From a virus, in the IMG/VR virus record IMGVR_UViG_3300030098_005409: DNA of 64,000 nt. One strand, written 5' to 3'. The translations under genes and the position numbers were made by a program. The first letter of the stretch is position 1. Every line of letters starts with the position of its first letter. Below, in pieces: positions 1 through 8,884 of this stretch. A model generated the notes under the pieces. That model had not been told where the DNA came from. It did no database searches and saw only the letters and a program-made list of their open reading frames with translations.

Positions 1-1158
1 AAAAAAGTCGCCGCCGTCGATCAAGGTTCCTATAGTTCGCGAAGTTCCGGAGCCAACAAAAATATCTTCTCCGATTGCAGCAGAAGCAGATACTCTCATG
101 CCGACAGATGCCGTTAAAGATCCAGAAACATAGACCACATCGCTACCTTCGGCCCCTAGAATAAGTTCATCTTGTCCATTCTCGTCAAGGATGATAAAAG
201 ATTTACCGCCAGCTTCAATCGATATTGAATCAGAACCTCTACCGGCAGCACCAAATCTGATTCTTGTGTCAGGGTCTCCGTTGGAGGCTACATACCCCAC
301 TCCCGTGCCCGGACCAACCTTAACTTGACCCTCAACGACCGCATCGCTTGTAAGATTAAGAGTGGTTGAATATAAATTAGAAGCAGAAAGATTGGTGGAA
401 GCGGAAACCTCAGTTCCCCCTTGAAGTGCAAGTTTACCGCCGCTATTAATATCTAGATTGGTACCATTGCGAGTGATTTTGTGAGCGTCTCCGGAGCCAA
501 AGAAGAAGGAATTACCTCCCTGAATATAGTATTCAGAAGCTGATATGGAGGTGGACGCTGAGATCTCGCCCAGTTGGGTTATCTTAGCCGCAACTGTGCT
601 GCCCTCCTGAGTAGTATATATAAATACTGGGCTCCCGAAGGAACCAACACCATCAGACCCACCAACAAACTCAACGCCATTTGACGCTGATAGAGTAATT
701 GCGCCGTCGTCATGACCCATGACAAAGAAGTCGTCACTGCCGTCAATTAAAGTTCCTATGGTACGAGTAGTCCCGGAACCGACAAAAATGTCTTGGCCAT
801 TCGGAGTTGAGGCCGATAAAAGTGTGGTACCTGATACAAAAAGCTTTGTTCGATCTGAACTAACCGAAAAATTAGCAGAACCTGAGATTTCCCCAGATAT
901 TGGAGAATCTCTTCTGAATTGTAGGGAAAACTCTGGGCCGTCGGCCACATTAACAGCAGAAGCTGTAAGCCCTGTTAAATTAGAGCCGTCGCCATAAAAT
1001 GCAGAAGCAGAGATATTTACGGATGCCGATAGAGATCCTGCCCCATTGGTTGACAATAATGTTGAGCCGCTAAAAGATCCGGCGCTATTAAATTGTATTG
1101 ATCCGGTGGGGCCCCCTGGTGTTCCACCGCCTCCTCCTCCGTATACCCATGCTGACAT
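1..1158 (-). CDS. Fibre-like virion structural protein, Ser/Gly/Thr-rich, runs off the window start (absent from the ORF track)
   Basis: Manual translation from ATG at 1158 (MSAWVYGGGGGGTPGGPTGSIQFNSAGSFSGS...) is open to base 1; AGGAG SD upstream; YGDGSNLTG motif; internal repeat IFVGSGT[T/S]RTIGTLIDG. Confidence 0.8.
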   Translation of the reverse strand, partial: MSAWVYGGGGGGTPGGPTGSIQFNSAGSFSGSTLLSTNGAGSLSASVNISASAFYGDGSNLTGLTASAVNVADGPEFSLQFRRDSPISGEISGSANFSVSSDRTKLFVSGTTLLSASTPNGQDIFVGSGTTRTIGTLIDGSDDFFVMGHDDGAITLSASNGVEFVGGSDGVGSFGSPVFIYTTQEGSTVAAKITQLGEISASTSISASEYYIQGGNSFFFGSGDAHKITRNGTNLDINSGGKLALQGGTEVSASTNLSASNLYSTTLNLTSDAVVEGQVKVGPGTGVGYVASNGDPDTRIRFGAAGRGSDSISIEAGGKSFIILDENGQDELILGAEGSDVVYVSGSLTASVGMRVSASAAIGEDIFVGSGTSRTIGTLIDGGDFF

Positions 1159-1179
1159 ATTAAATTTTCTCCTGCTTCC

Positions 1180-1189
1180 TTAAATAGTT
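1180..1189 (-). promoter_or_regulatory. Putative late-promoter motif AACTATTTAA
   Basis: 21 nt upstream of ATG 1158 with the SD in between; same motif recurs before other structural genes. Confidence 0.55.
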
Positions 1190-1199
1190 GCCCAAAACT

Positions 1200-1230
1200 A
1201 AAAAGGGAGCCCCCCTTTCGGAGGACTCCC
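1200..1230 (-). terminator. Rho-independent terminator
   Basis: GGGAGTCCTCC-GAAA-GGGGGGCTCCC followed by TTTTT; the two stem mismatches are G:U wobbles on the minus strand; lies just after the stop at 1265. Confidence 0.85.
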
Positions 1231-1264
1231 AAATTATTAGCAGGATTAACCAGCTAGTTCTAGA

Positions 1265-3430
1265 CTAGACGATTCTCCAGTTGTTTGCTACAACGTATAC
1301 CAAAGACACAGCAGCGAATGGGGACTCAAGGTCAATGGTAGTTTCACCATCGACTGTGTGAGAACCCTGGCAGCTGATTCTAAGGATGCGGCTGTTGGTA
1401 ATGTTACCAGCCTTGACGTGCACAACATCACCCACGGATGGGGATGCTGGAAGGTCAACGCCTACGTTACCCGCTGAAATGTCAGCAAAGTAGTTGTAAC
1501 CTTCTGCAAGTGTATCACCATCAGCCTTAAGAGCGACGGAGTTACCCTGAACAGCTAGAACACCGGAAGTAGCGCTGAGACCAGCACCAGCCATGGCAGT
1601 TACGAGGTCAGCAATGCTTTCCTTCTTGGCGTCACCAGTGGCACCACCATCAAGGAACATGATGTAGTCAGATCCAACTGCTACAGCTTCTTCGCCCAAC
1701 AATCCTGGACCATCAAGGAACAGGTTATCAACACCAATCTTCTTGAGTGTTCCACCATCGGAGATCAAAAGCTCGTCGGCGGCCGCAAGACCGTCTGCAG
1801 CTAGCTCTGTCTGGCCGCTAATGACGTTGTCGTTAAGCATTCCGCTTTCGACCGCATCGTTAGCAATTGTCAGAGCACCACCAGCGGCGATTGTAGCATC
1901 ACCGGAGACGTTGCCGAAGATTGAATCCTCAAAATTAGAGAAAGTAACCTTCTTGACAGTTCCTGGACCATCATCAAGCATCAGCAAGTCAGCCTGAGCA
2001 ACAGTGGCTCCACCGAGAGCAGCCTGACCGGAGATGATGTCCTCGGCAAGCATTCCGTGCTCAACGGCACCAGCGGCGATCGTAAGAGCACCACCGGCAG
2101 CGATTGTAGCGTCACCGGAAACAGCACTGAAGTAAAGGTCACGAATATCTCCGAGAGACTCCTTCTTCATACGAGTGTCATCACTTGCGTCCTGGAACAA
2201 CACTAAGTCTGCTGCGACTGCAACAGCTGCTGGTGCAGCCGTATCACCGACAAAGAAACCCATCTCGGCATTGCCAGCGCTGTACTCAACAACTTGGAAC
2301 ACTGGGTTGGCACTTGCATCTTCAATGCTGATCATACCGTCACCAATTGCGACGGAACCAGAAGCACTGGAGCTAACCATCAAAGAAAGGTAACCATCTT
2401 CGCGCGCATCATCATAAACCAATTCAGCCTGATCTTCTAGAAGACCGGACGAACCAGCTGTAACAAGACGACCCTGTGTAAGGGACGAGAGTGTAGCCTT
2501 GCGACCACTGATGTCGCGGAGACCCGAAACATCCTTGTTTGCGTCAAGAACAACAGCCTTAGAAGCCGCAGCAGTACCGTTAGTGATACCGTCAAGCTTC
2601 TCCATGTCAGCTTCGTTAAGATCGGCAGAACCGATAACGAACGAAGTTCCAGCAGTGATTGAGCTAGCAGCCACAATTGTGCTAGAAGCATCAATTGCAC
2701 CGTTAATGTCAACGGTTGTAGCGTTGATTTCAATCTCTGTGTCAGCTACAAGGTCAAGAACACCGTCAGCGGACTGGTGAATGTAAGTTCCGCTGTCGCC
2801 AAACTGCAGCTGGCGGCTGGAGTTCAGAAGAAGACCAGTGTCAGCAACGTGAGTAAGGCTAACGTCCTTATCTGCACCAAAGTTCAAAAGCGCGGCATCA
2901 GAAAGCAGATCAAGATCGTCACCGATCACTGCGCTCTTGGCAACAGACAAGCCACCATCGGTCTGTAAAGAACCGTCTGTGGTTGAAGTAGCTTCGGTAG
3001 CATCATCAACGATGACGCGTCCGCTAGTTGTAAGCTGCACGGCACCAACGTTACGGATACCAGAAGCATCCTTATTGCTATCAAGAACAAGAGCCTTAGA
3101 AGCTGCTGCAGTACCAGCGGTAATACCGTCGATCTGCTCCATGTCGGCTTCGTTCAGGTCGGCAGAGCCAATGATGAACGAAGTTCCGGCAGTAATAGCT
3201 CCGGTACCAGTGACATTACGGTAACCTGTAACATCCTTGTTGCTGTCTACAACAACTACTTTAGAAGCAGCTACTGTACCAGCCGAGACGCCGTCAAGCA
3301 TCTCAAGCTCGGCTTCTGTCAACGAAGCGTTACCAATAACAACTTCGAATCCGGAAGCAAGCTCTACATTACCCTCCTGGAGAAGGGCACCTGAAAGGAT
3401 CGCAGATCCTCTTTGGAATTTATAAGCCAT
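1265..3430 (-). CDS. Repetitive fibre-like virion protein (721 aa)
   Basis: Three [T/S]EA[E/D]-[L/M]E-x-[L/I]DG-x-TAG-x-x-AASK-x-x-V-x-D-x-NKD units, two SGDATIAAGGALTIA units, C-terminal TVDG..LESPFAAVSLVY..W cap; strong AGGAGG SD. Confidence 0.75.
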   Translation of the reverse strand: MAYKFQRGSAILSGALLQEGNVELASGFEVVIGNASLTEAELEMLDGVSAGTVAASKVVVVDSNKDVTGYRNVTGTGAITAGTSFIIGSADLNEADMEQIDGITAGTAAASKALVLDSNKDASGIRNVGAVQLTTSGRVIVDDATEATSTTDGSLQTDGGLSVAKSAVIGDDLDLLSDAALLNFGADKDVSLTHVADTGLLLNSSRQLQFGDSGTYIHQSADGVLDLVADTEIEINATTVDINGAIDASSTIVAASSITAGTSFVIGSADLNEADMEKLDGITNGTAAASKAVVLDANKDVSGLRDISGRKATLSSLTQGRLVTAGSSGLLEDQAELVYDDAREDGYLSLMVSSSASGSVAIGDGMISIEDASANPVFQVVEYSAGNAEMGFFVGDTAAPAAVAVAADLVLFQDASDDTRMKKESLGDIRDLYFSAVSGDATIAAGGALTIAAGAVEHGMLAEDIISGQAALGGATVAQADLLMLDDGPGTVKKVTFSNFEDSIFGNVSGDATIAAGGALTIANDAVESGMLNDNVISGQTELAADGLAAADELLISDGGTLKKIGVDNLFLDGPGLLGEEAVAVGSDYIMFLDGGATGDAKKESIADLVTAMAGAGLSATSGVLAVQGNSVALKADGDTLAEGYNYFADISAGNVGVDLPASPSVGDVVHVKAGNITNSRILRISCQGSHTVDGETTIDLESPFAAVSLVYVVANNWRIV

Positions 3431-3580
3431 TTTTTAATTTCCTCCTATTAAATGACCGAGACAATAATCATAAATTTAGGGTATCACTACGGAGGAGAGA
3501 GAATCTAAAATATACCCACATCAGTCTCTTGAAATATATACCCGTTGGACGAACGAGAATCAGAAATATTTTAAATTATT

Positions 3581-5509
3581 TTAGTAGATATACCAATCGG
3601 ATCCATCGGTGTATAAAAAGACTGATCCGTAAGGTGATTCAAGGTGTATCGCTGGAGCGCCGTCAATCGTTTGTGATCCTGCAGGGTTAAGAATTACGGA
3701 GGTTGCAGAAGACGCCTGACCAGACTCATCTTTAACAATTAAAGTTTGCCCCGCAGAAAAATCTGTGGCATTAAATAAAATGTTTGTTGGAACTGCTGAC
3801 ACACCAATAATATAATTTCCAGCTGACGCAGTATAGCTTGTTGCTACTGACACTCTGTTGTGTACTAATCCACCATCAACAGTCAGCCTATTATTACTAA
3901 CACTGTACGACACCTTTGTTGTGCCACTAATTTCATTTGAAATTGGATTGTCAACCCTAAACTGAAGGGCTCCTACTGGACCATCTCCTGTAGTGATAGC
4001 CGAGGCTGTAACGTTTGTAAGGTGCCTGCCGTCACCATAATAAAAATCACCATAGTAAAGTGACGATGAAACATGCGCAGAGGCTGTTACATTACTAAAC
4101 TGTCCAGCGCTAGCGGACATCTTGGTGGTACCATCTTCAGCTACGTCGCCCAAGCTGGCGACGACCTGACTAACATTGCTTGGGTCTCTAATCTCAATAG
4201 CTCCAGCAATCTTTAGAGGCGAACCACCGACAACTGTGCCCTTAACCGTAAGATCGCCTGCTACCAAAACATCCGCCGAGGCTGACACACTACCGATCAC
4301 GGTCAACTCATGAGAGGGATCTGCCGTTCCAACGCCTACCTTGCCGGATCCAGTTACAACCAATATATCTGCTGCAGCAGAACTGGAAACCTGTAATAAG
4401 TTTTGGTTTCCGGATCCTGATATGTAAATTCTTGCCGGTATTGGCTCCCCTGCTGCGCCGTCGCGGAATGCCATATTACCATCAGAATTCATTTGCCAGC
4501 GAACTGTTGCGCTGTCAAAATCATTATTTTGTGTTTGAAATTTCAGCATACCATTAGAGGATTGTATTTGGTACTGAGTCGTTTGGTCAGTCTCAAAAAA
4601 CTGGATCCTTGGACGTAACCCTGTAAAACGAATTGCTGGGCTGTTGTCGACAGAACTGGTTCCTATTTCTAAAGTTACATCTGGGGTAGATGTGTTTATG
4701 CCTAGACGCCCAGAGCCAGTTAAGAAGACTAGATTACTATCCCCCGTAAATGCACCAGATCCAGACTGCAATTGCACTGCGCCGATAATACCGTCAGCGG
4801 ATTCGCCAGTTGCTGAAATAGTGAGCGTGCTGTTGGGCCCGCCATCAACAAACTCCACACCTGTGCCGGCGGCGAGCCTTCTTTCATTTGGTAACTTAAT
4901 TTCGGAATTAAGTGTAATATACGATGCTTCCAGGGGCGGGTACGGCACATCACGAGGTGCTGGGGAAGATACATCTGTTTCTTCCTGTTGGCTTAGAGTT
5001 GGACGATCTATTGCCGGTGTTACTCTAAACGCGCCAGCGCGGGCTCTCACACACTCGGCGCTAATTTGAAACTTGTGCTCTATCTGTCCAAAATAATAGC
5101 GAGTATCATTGTAGGTTTTAACAATCTCATAGAATATATCACCATACTGAATAAAGTCGCCAACGCGAACAAATAGATTCTGATCCTCTACAAGTCTGCG
5201 GCGGTGGAAGTTAACTGTTAGTTTAGTTTGATATTCATAACCATACTTTGTATTGGTTTGATTATTCTCAACTTCAACATATGCAAACACCCGCACCGGC
5301 GGCAATGATACTTTCTCTTTTGCCTCGCCGTAAATATCATTGAAGTTTGATTCTTCAATACTTATAGGATAGTAAGCTATTGTTTGACCAAGAACTCTTT
5401 CGGCAAGTTCATCGTTGACTTGCTTTACGAGATTACGTTCTTTTTCCCCAAAGAACATTGGTGCCGGTGGCGCCCCAGGTCTTGTCCATTTATTTTTTGG
5501 ATCGGACAT
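3581..5509 (-). CDS. Neck/head-closure (T4 gp14-like) domain fused to a fibre-like extension (642 aa)
   Basis: First ~170 aa closely match the adjacent 171-aa gene; C-terminal part has GINT..P, YYGDG-x-x-LT and TIDG..LESPYGSV..W fibre motifs. Confidence 0.65.
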   Translation of the reverse strand: MSDPKNKWTRPGAPPAPMFFGEKERNLVKQVNDELAERVLGQTIAYYPISIEESNFNDIYGEAKEKVSLPPVRVFAYVEVENNQTNTKYGYEYQTKLTVNFHRRRLVEDQNLFVRVGDFIQYGDIFYEIVKTYNDTRYYFGQIEHKFQISAECVRARAGAFRVTPAIDRPTLSQQEETDVSSPAPRDVPYPPLEASYITLNSEIKLPNERRLAAGTGVEFVDGGPNSTLTISATGESADGIIGAVQLQSGSGAFTGDSNLVFLTGSGRLGINTSTPDVTLEIGTSSVDNSPAIRFTGLRPRIQFFETDQTTQYQIQSSNGMLKFQTQNNDFDSATVRWQMNSDGNMAFRDGAAGEPIPARIYISGSGNQNLLQVSSSAAADILVVTGSGKVGVGTADPSHELTVIGSVSASADVLVAGDLTVKGTVVGGSPLKIAGAIEIRDPSNVSQVVASLGDVAEDGTTKMSASAGQFSNVTASAHVSSSLYYGDFYYGDGRHLTNVTASAITTGDGPVGALQFRVDNPISNEISGTTKVSYSVSNNRLTVDGGLVHNRVSVATSYTASAGNYIIGVSAVPTNILFNATDFSAGQTLIVKDESGQASSATSVILNPAGSQTIDGAPAIHLESPYGSVFLYTDGSDWYIY

Positions 5510-5522
5510 TCACTCGTTACTC

Positions 5523-6038
5523 CTAAGAAGGTCTTGTAATAGCTTCCTTAACTCTAAATAGACCTCTACGAGCGCGAACACACTCTGCACTTACTTGAAA
5601 TTTGTGCTCTACCTGTCCAAAGTAATATCTTGTATCATTATAGGTTTTTACTATCTCGTAAAATAAATCGCCGTATTGAATAAAATCCCCAGCGCGAACA
5701 AAAAGGTTTTGGTCTTCTACAAGGCGGCGACGGTTAAAATTAATTGTAAGCTTGGATTGATATTCATATCCATACTTTTCGTTTGTTTGTTCGTTATCAA
5801 CAATAACATACGCAAACACACGCACTGGCGGAAGTGTAACTTTATCTATTGCCTCACCGTATGTTGAGTTAAAGTTAGTATCTTCCATACTAACAGAATA
5901 ATAAGCGACTGTCTGCCCAACAACACGTTCGGCTAGCTCATCATTGACTTGTTTTACAAGATCACGTTCATTTTGCCCAAAGAACATTGGGGGTGGTGGC
6001 GCATCTGGCTGCGTCCATTTGTTCTTCGGATCAGACAC
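5523..6038 (-). CDS. Neck/head-closure protein (T4 gp14-like, 171 aa)
   Basis: YYSVS..TNFNSTYGEA..K, GDFIQYG..FYEI and YFGQ motifs recalled from neck proteins of large myophages; located near the head genes. Confidence 0.6.
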   Translation of the reverse strand: MSDPKNKWTQPDAPPPPMFFGQNERDLVKQVNDELAERVVGQTVAYYSVSMEDTNFNSTYGEAIDKVTLPPVRVFAYVIVDNEQTNEKYGYEYQSKLTINFNRRRLVEDQNLFVRAGDFIQYGDLFYEIVKTYNDTRYYFGQVEHKFQVSAECVRARRGLFRVKEAITRPS

Positions 6039-6044
6039 GGGGCA

Positions 6045-6467
6045 CTACCCCACGTTAGCGTTAAGGGAGCCAGACCAGTTAGAGCCGGAAGGGGAGACAG
6101 CGAGATTATCAATATTATTAGTTTCAATGCCTGTTAAGCCGGCCACAACACCAAAACTAGAGACCGATCCTGTGTAATAAAGCTCTGTAACCTTCAGCTC
6201 TAGGTGGAGAGTTTGGCCGTCTGGAACGACAAAAGCATTGGTAAATTGCTGAACTCCATTCTGGGAGAACCCGCAGATCAGCTCTCCACCTCCACCGTCT
6301 GTGTTTGTCAGCTTTATCCATCTCGTTACTGATGGGAAATGAATGCTGGGTGTTATGTTGGCGGCGCCAGAAGCAGCATTATCAATAGGACCCTGGACCC
6401 ATGGTATTCCTGATACCTGATAGGATCCTACATTGCCTAGGCCGGGCTTATAATTATAAGTTGACAT
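6045..6467 (-). CDS. Small virion structural protein (140 aa)
   Basis: ORF with SD (GGAG) and upstream late-type motif; beta-rich, Gly/Ser-rich. Confidence 0.55.
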   Translation of the reverse strand: MSTYNYKPGLGNVGSYQVSGIPWVQGPIDNAASGAANITPSIHFPSVTRWIKLTNTDGGGGELICGFSQNGVQQFTNAFVVPDGQTLHLELKVTELYYTGSVSSFGVVAGLTGIETNNIDNLAVSPSGSNWSGSLNANVG

Positions 6468-6483
6468 CTATATCTCTCCGTTA

Positions 6484-6493
6484 TTAAATAGTA
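6484..6493 (-). promoter_or_regulatory. Putative late-promoter motif TACTATTTAA
   Basis: Intergenic, 16 nt upstream of ATG 6467 with GGAG between. Confidence 0.55.
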
Positions 6494-6506
6494 AAGTAAA
6501 ACAAGA

Positions 6507-6728
6507 TTACCTAAACAATTTCTCTTGTTCTTTTCTCACACGCTTTTGTTGTTCGCGAATTGCTTTCTGTTTTTTCATTCGCTTGGCAACAGAAGGCTTG
6601 ACATAATAATCAGTTTTTTCTCTATACTCCCGAACAACTCCCTGTTTTTTACACTTACGGTTGAACCTTCTAATTAACTTTTCGTCGGATTCATTTCGTC
6701 TTTTGGTTACTCTAACATTAACGGGCAT
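6507..6728 (-). CDS. rpsU: Phage-encoded 30S ribosomal protein bS21
   Basis: 73 aa, very basic; V-x-V..NES-x-EKLIRRF-x-RK..GV..E-x-R....Y-x-KPS..KR pattern of bS21. Confidence 0.9.
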   Translation of the reverse strand: MPVNVRVTKRRNESDEKLIRRFNRKCKKQGVVREYREKTDYYVKPSVAKRMKKQKAIREQQKRVRKEQEKLFR

Positions 6729-6732
6729 CTTA

Positions 6733-7188
6733 TTACTCTCTTTCTTTCATTTCGTTCATGTGGGCATTCCAATTGCGTCCCACGGCGCCGAAAAGATTGC
6801 TAATATCAACCCCGGGGTCGGACGGAGATTGACCAGACATGGGGGATGCCTGTGAGGTTGAAGTTGGGGTTGCCTGGGCAGGCGCAGGGGTTGTGCCCTC
6901 AAACAAGTCAACACCGTTATACGCCCCGCCACCTATGGCAGCCATTAGCTTCTTTTTATGTTGTTTAAGTTTGCCCGACTGCTCTTTACTAAAAGCATTT
7001 GCTTTCATTCTTTCCATGGTGGGATCAACTTTCGGTTCTGGGGCCTTGGCTTCTACTAAGGTTTGTGAGGACATACCCTTAACAACCTCGGCAATGATAC
7101 CTGAGATCAACCCGTCTTCAAGAAGTGATTCTTTGATGCACTCTTGAACAATGGGCTTGATTAGTTTCTTAAACTCTGACTTTTTCAT
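6733..7188 (-). CDS. Hypothetical head-module protein (151 aa)
   Basis: Coupled ORF; N-terminus MKKSEFKKLIKPIVQECIKESLLE; GVDLFEGT motif. Confidence 0.6.
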   Translation of the reverse strand: MKKSEFKKLIKPIVQECIKESLLEDGLISGIIAEVVKGMSSQTLVEAKAPEPKVDPTMERMKANAFSKEQSGKLKQHKKKLMAAIGGGAYNGVDLFEGTTPAPAQATPTSTSQASPMSGQSPSDPGVDISNLFGAVGRNWNAHMNEMKERE

Positions 7189-8279
7189 TTTATACCTGCT
7201 AATACTTTCATTCTTTTAATTTGTTTGTGTTCTGTAAGGCGATTTCTCTTTGCCAATATGTCCTTGGCGACGGCTAGTATCTTCTGCTCAGCATTTCTGA
7301 GGACCTCCATGTCGTAGTTGACCTCCGCCCATGCGGCGCGCTGATCATCGAGCAGTTCCTGCCGAGCCTCATAAGTCTCGTGGGGGCTCAACCCGTAGAT
7401 TCGGCCATAACTGTCATAGAGATGATTGAGGACTTCGATGGGCGCACTTATGGTACCGAACGTAAGGTCGTCCTTCTCAACGGAAGAGAAAAATTCCTCT
7501 AGAGTCTCGTCGTCCAAGGATAAGAAAAACTTTTCAAAGTCGACTGGCTCTTCTTCAGGGTCTGCTACGGTGAGAATCGAGGGTATGTCCTCCTCCTCAT
7601 CTTCGGGGTCCGGAGCAGCCACTGGCTCTGCTGCAATGGTGTCTGTTTGGTCTTCCTCATCTTCAGGATCCGGAGCAGCTACCGGTTTTGTTACAATAGT
7701 TGCTGTCTGGTCTTCTTGATCCGGATCCGGGCCCCGGACTGGTTCTGCTACAATGGTATCTGTTTGATCTTCTTCATCTGGAGCAGCCACTGGCTCTGTT
7801 ACAATGGTATCTGTTTGATCTTCATCTGGTTCGGGATCAGCTACGGTGAGGATCGAGGGAATGTTATCGGCTATACTTTTAACAACCGGACTAATATCCA
7901 AGGCACTACGGTTGAACAATCCTAATAATTGTTTAAAAACTTTAGGACTCTTTTGTGCTATAGTATCTAAAAATACTTTGAGCTTAGGAGCATTTTGGTG
8001 CGTGACGACCACATCTTCCTCACCAGTAAAAAGGCGCTCATTTTCTTTAACAACAAAACCTTCGTCTTCAAGAACGCCTGTAAGTTCATCTACAATAGCT
8101 TCGCGCTGCGACGGCGTAAGTTCTGCTCCGGATCTTTTAGACGCGTCGTCAAGTCCCTTAATGATGGTTGCCAACTCAGAAGCTGGATATTCTTTGGTTG
8201 GTTCTTTCTTGCCGAAACCAAAGATTTCATTAACTTCTTCTTTAATAATTTTTTGCAATTCTTCTTTTGAGATTTGCAT
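7185..8279 (-). CDS. Acidic putative internal head protein with tandem repeats (364 aa)
   Basis: N-terminal MQISKEELQKIIKEEVNE; central acidic repeat block. Confidence 0.6.
   Translation of the reverse strand: MQISKEELQKIIKEEVNEIFGFGKKEPTKEYPASELATIIKGLDDASKRSGAELTPSQREAIVDELTGVLEDEGFVVKENERLFTGEEDVVVTHQNAPKLKVFLDTIAQKSPKVFKQLLGLFNRSALDISPVVKSIADNIPSILTVADPEPDEDQTDTIVTEPVAAPDEEDQTDTIVAEPVRGPDPDQEDQTATIVTKPVAAPDPEDEEDQTDTIAAEPVAAPDPEDEEEDIPSILTVADPEEEPVDFEKFFLSLDDETLEEFFSSVEKDDLTFGTISAPIEVLNHLYDSYGRIYGLSPHETYEARQELLDDQRAAWAEVNYDMEVLRNAEQKILAVAKDILAKRNRLTEHKQIKRMKVLAGIK
7551..7865 (-). repeat. In-frame coding repeats: four EDQT[D/A]TI..[E/K]PV..PD units flanked by two IPSILTVADPE units
   Basis: Visible in protein and DNA (repeated caatggtatctgtttg / ctacggtgag segments). 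Confidence 0.85.
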
Positions 8280-8281
8280 TT

Positions 8282-8881
8282 TTAGTCCCCAGTAATCTCA
8301 TTCATAAGATTAATAATTTTGTTGTTCTTTTGAACTTGTTCGTTCATTAGCTTGCCTTCTGACAAAGCCATAAAAGCATTTGGAGTTGAAGGCTCGGACA
8401 CAATGTCAAAACAAATCAACTGAAAGTCGTCTTCAACGATGGTCTTTCCCATTCTCTCGCTCACGGATCCCATGCCGCGGGATGAGATGCCAATCTTAAC
8501 ACCCGAATCAACCAGAGCGCGCAGAATCTGTCCTGATGGGGTGTCAAGAACTTTGCACTTACCCATTACTGATGGTCCATCCATCCATACCTCTGTGATC
8601 ATGTGTGACACGTTTGCGAGGTTGATAATCGATGAATCAGGGTGATCCAACTCACCAAGCGCGCGACGATCGTCAACAATATCTTTATATCTCTTTACCT
8701 CTCGCTGCAAAACCGGAAGCGGGTACACACGGCCATTTCCGTTTTGAACCTCAGCTTCCTGTAATTTGCCGGTTAGCATCATGCCACCGTCACGGACAAA
8801 TCTCTTTTCCGCTTCAGTTAGAAGGTCCTGGCAGACGCCACCTTCGCATAGTTCATAGAACTCTCGTAATAGTTTAGCCAC
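8282..8881 (-). CDS. Prohead core protease (T4 gp21-like)
   Basis: NGNGRVYP, ALGELDHP, NVSH-x-IT, LDTPSG, GISSRG-x-GS and FD-x-VSEPS motifs. Confidence 0.93.
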   Translation of the reverse strand: MAKLLREFYELCEGGVCQDLLTEAEKRFVRDGGMMLTGKLQEAEVQNGNGRVYPLPVLQREVKRYKDIVDDRRALGELDHPDSSIINLANVSHMITEVWMDGPSVMGKCKVLDTPSGQILRALVDSGVKIGISSRGMGSVSERMGKTIVEDDFQLICFDIVSEPSTPNAFMALSEGKLMNEQVQKNNKIINLMNEITGD

Positions 8882-8884
8882 TGT

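Noticed and set aside
7551-7865. Repeat block as a CRISPR array
   Set aside because: Units are degenerate, in-frame and protein-coding, with no unique spacers, leader or cas genes.
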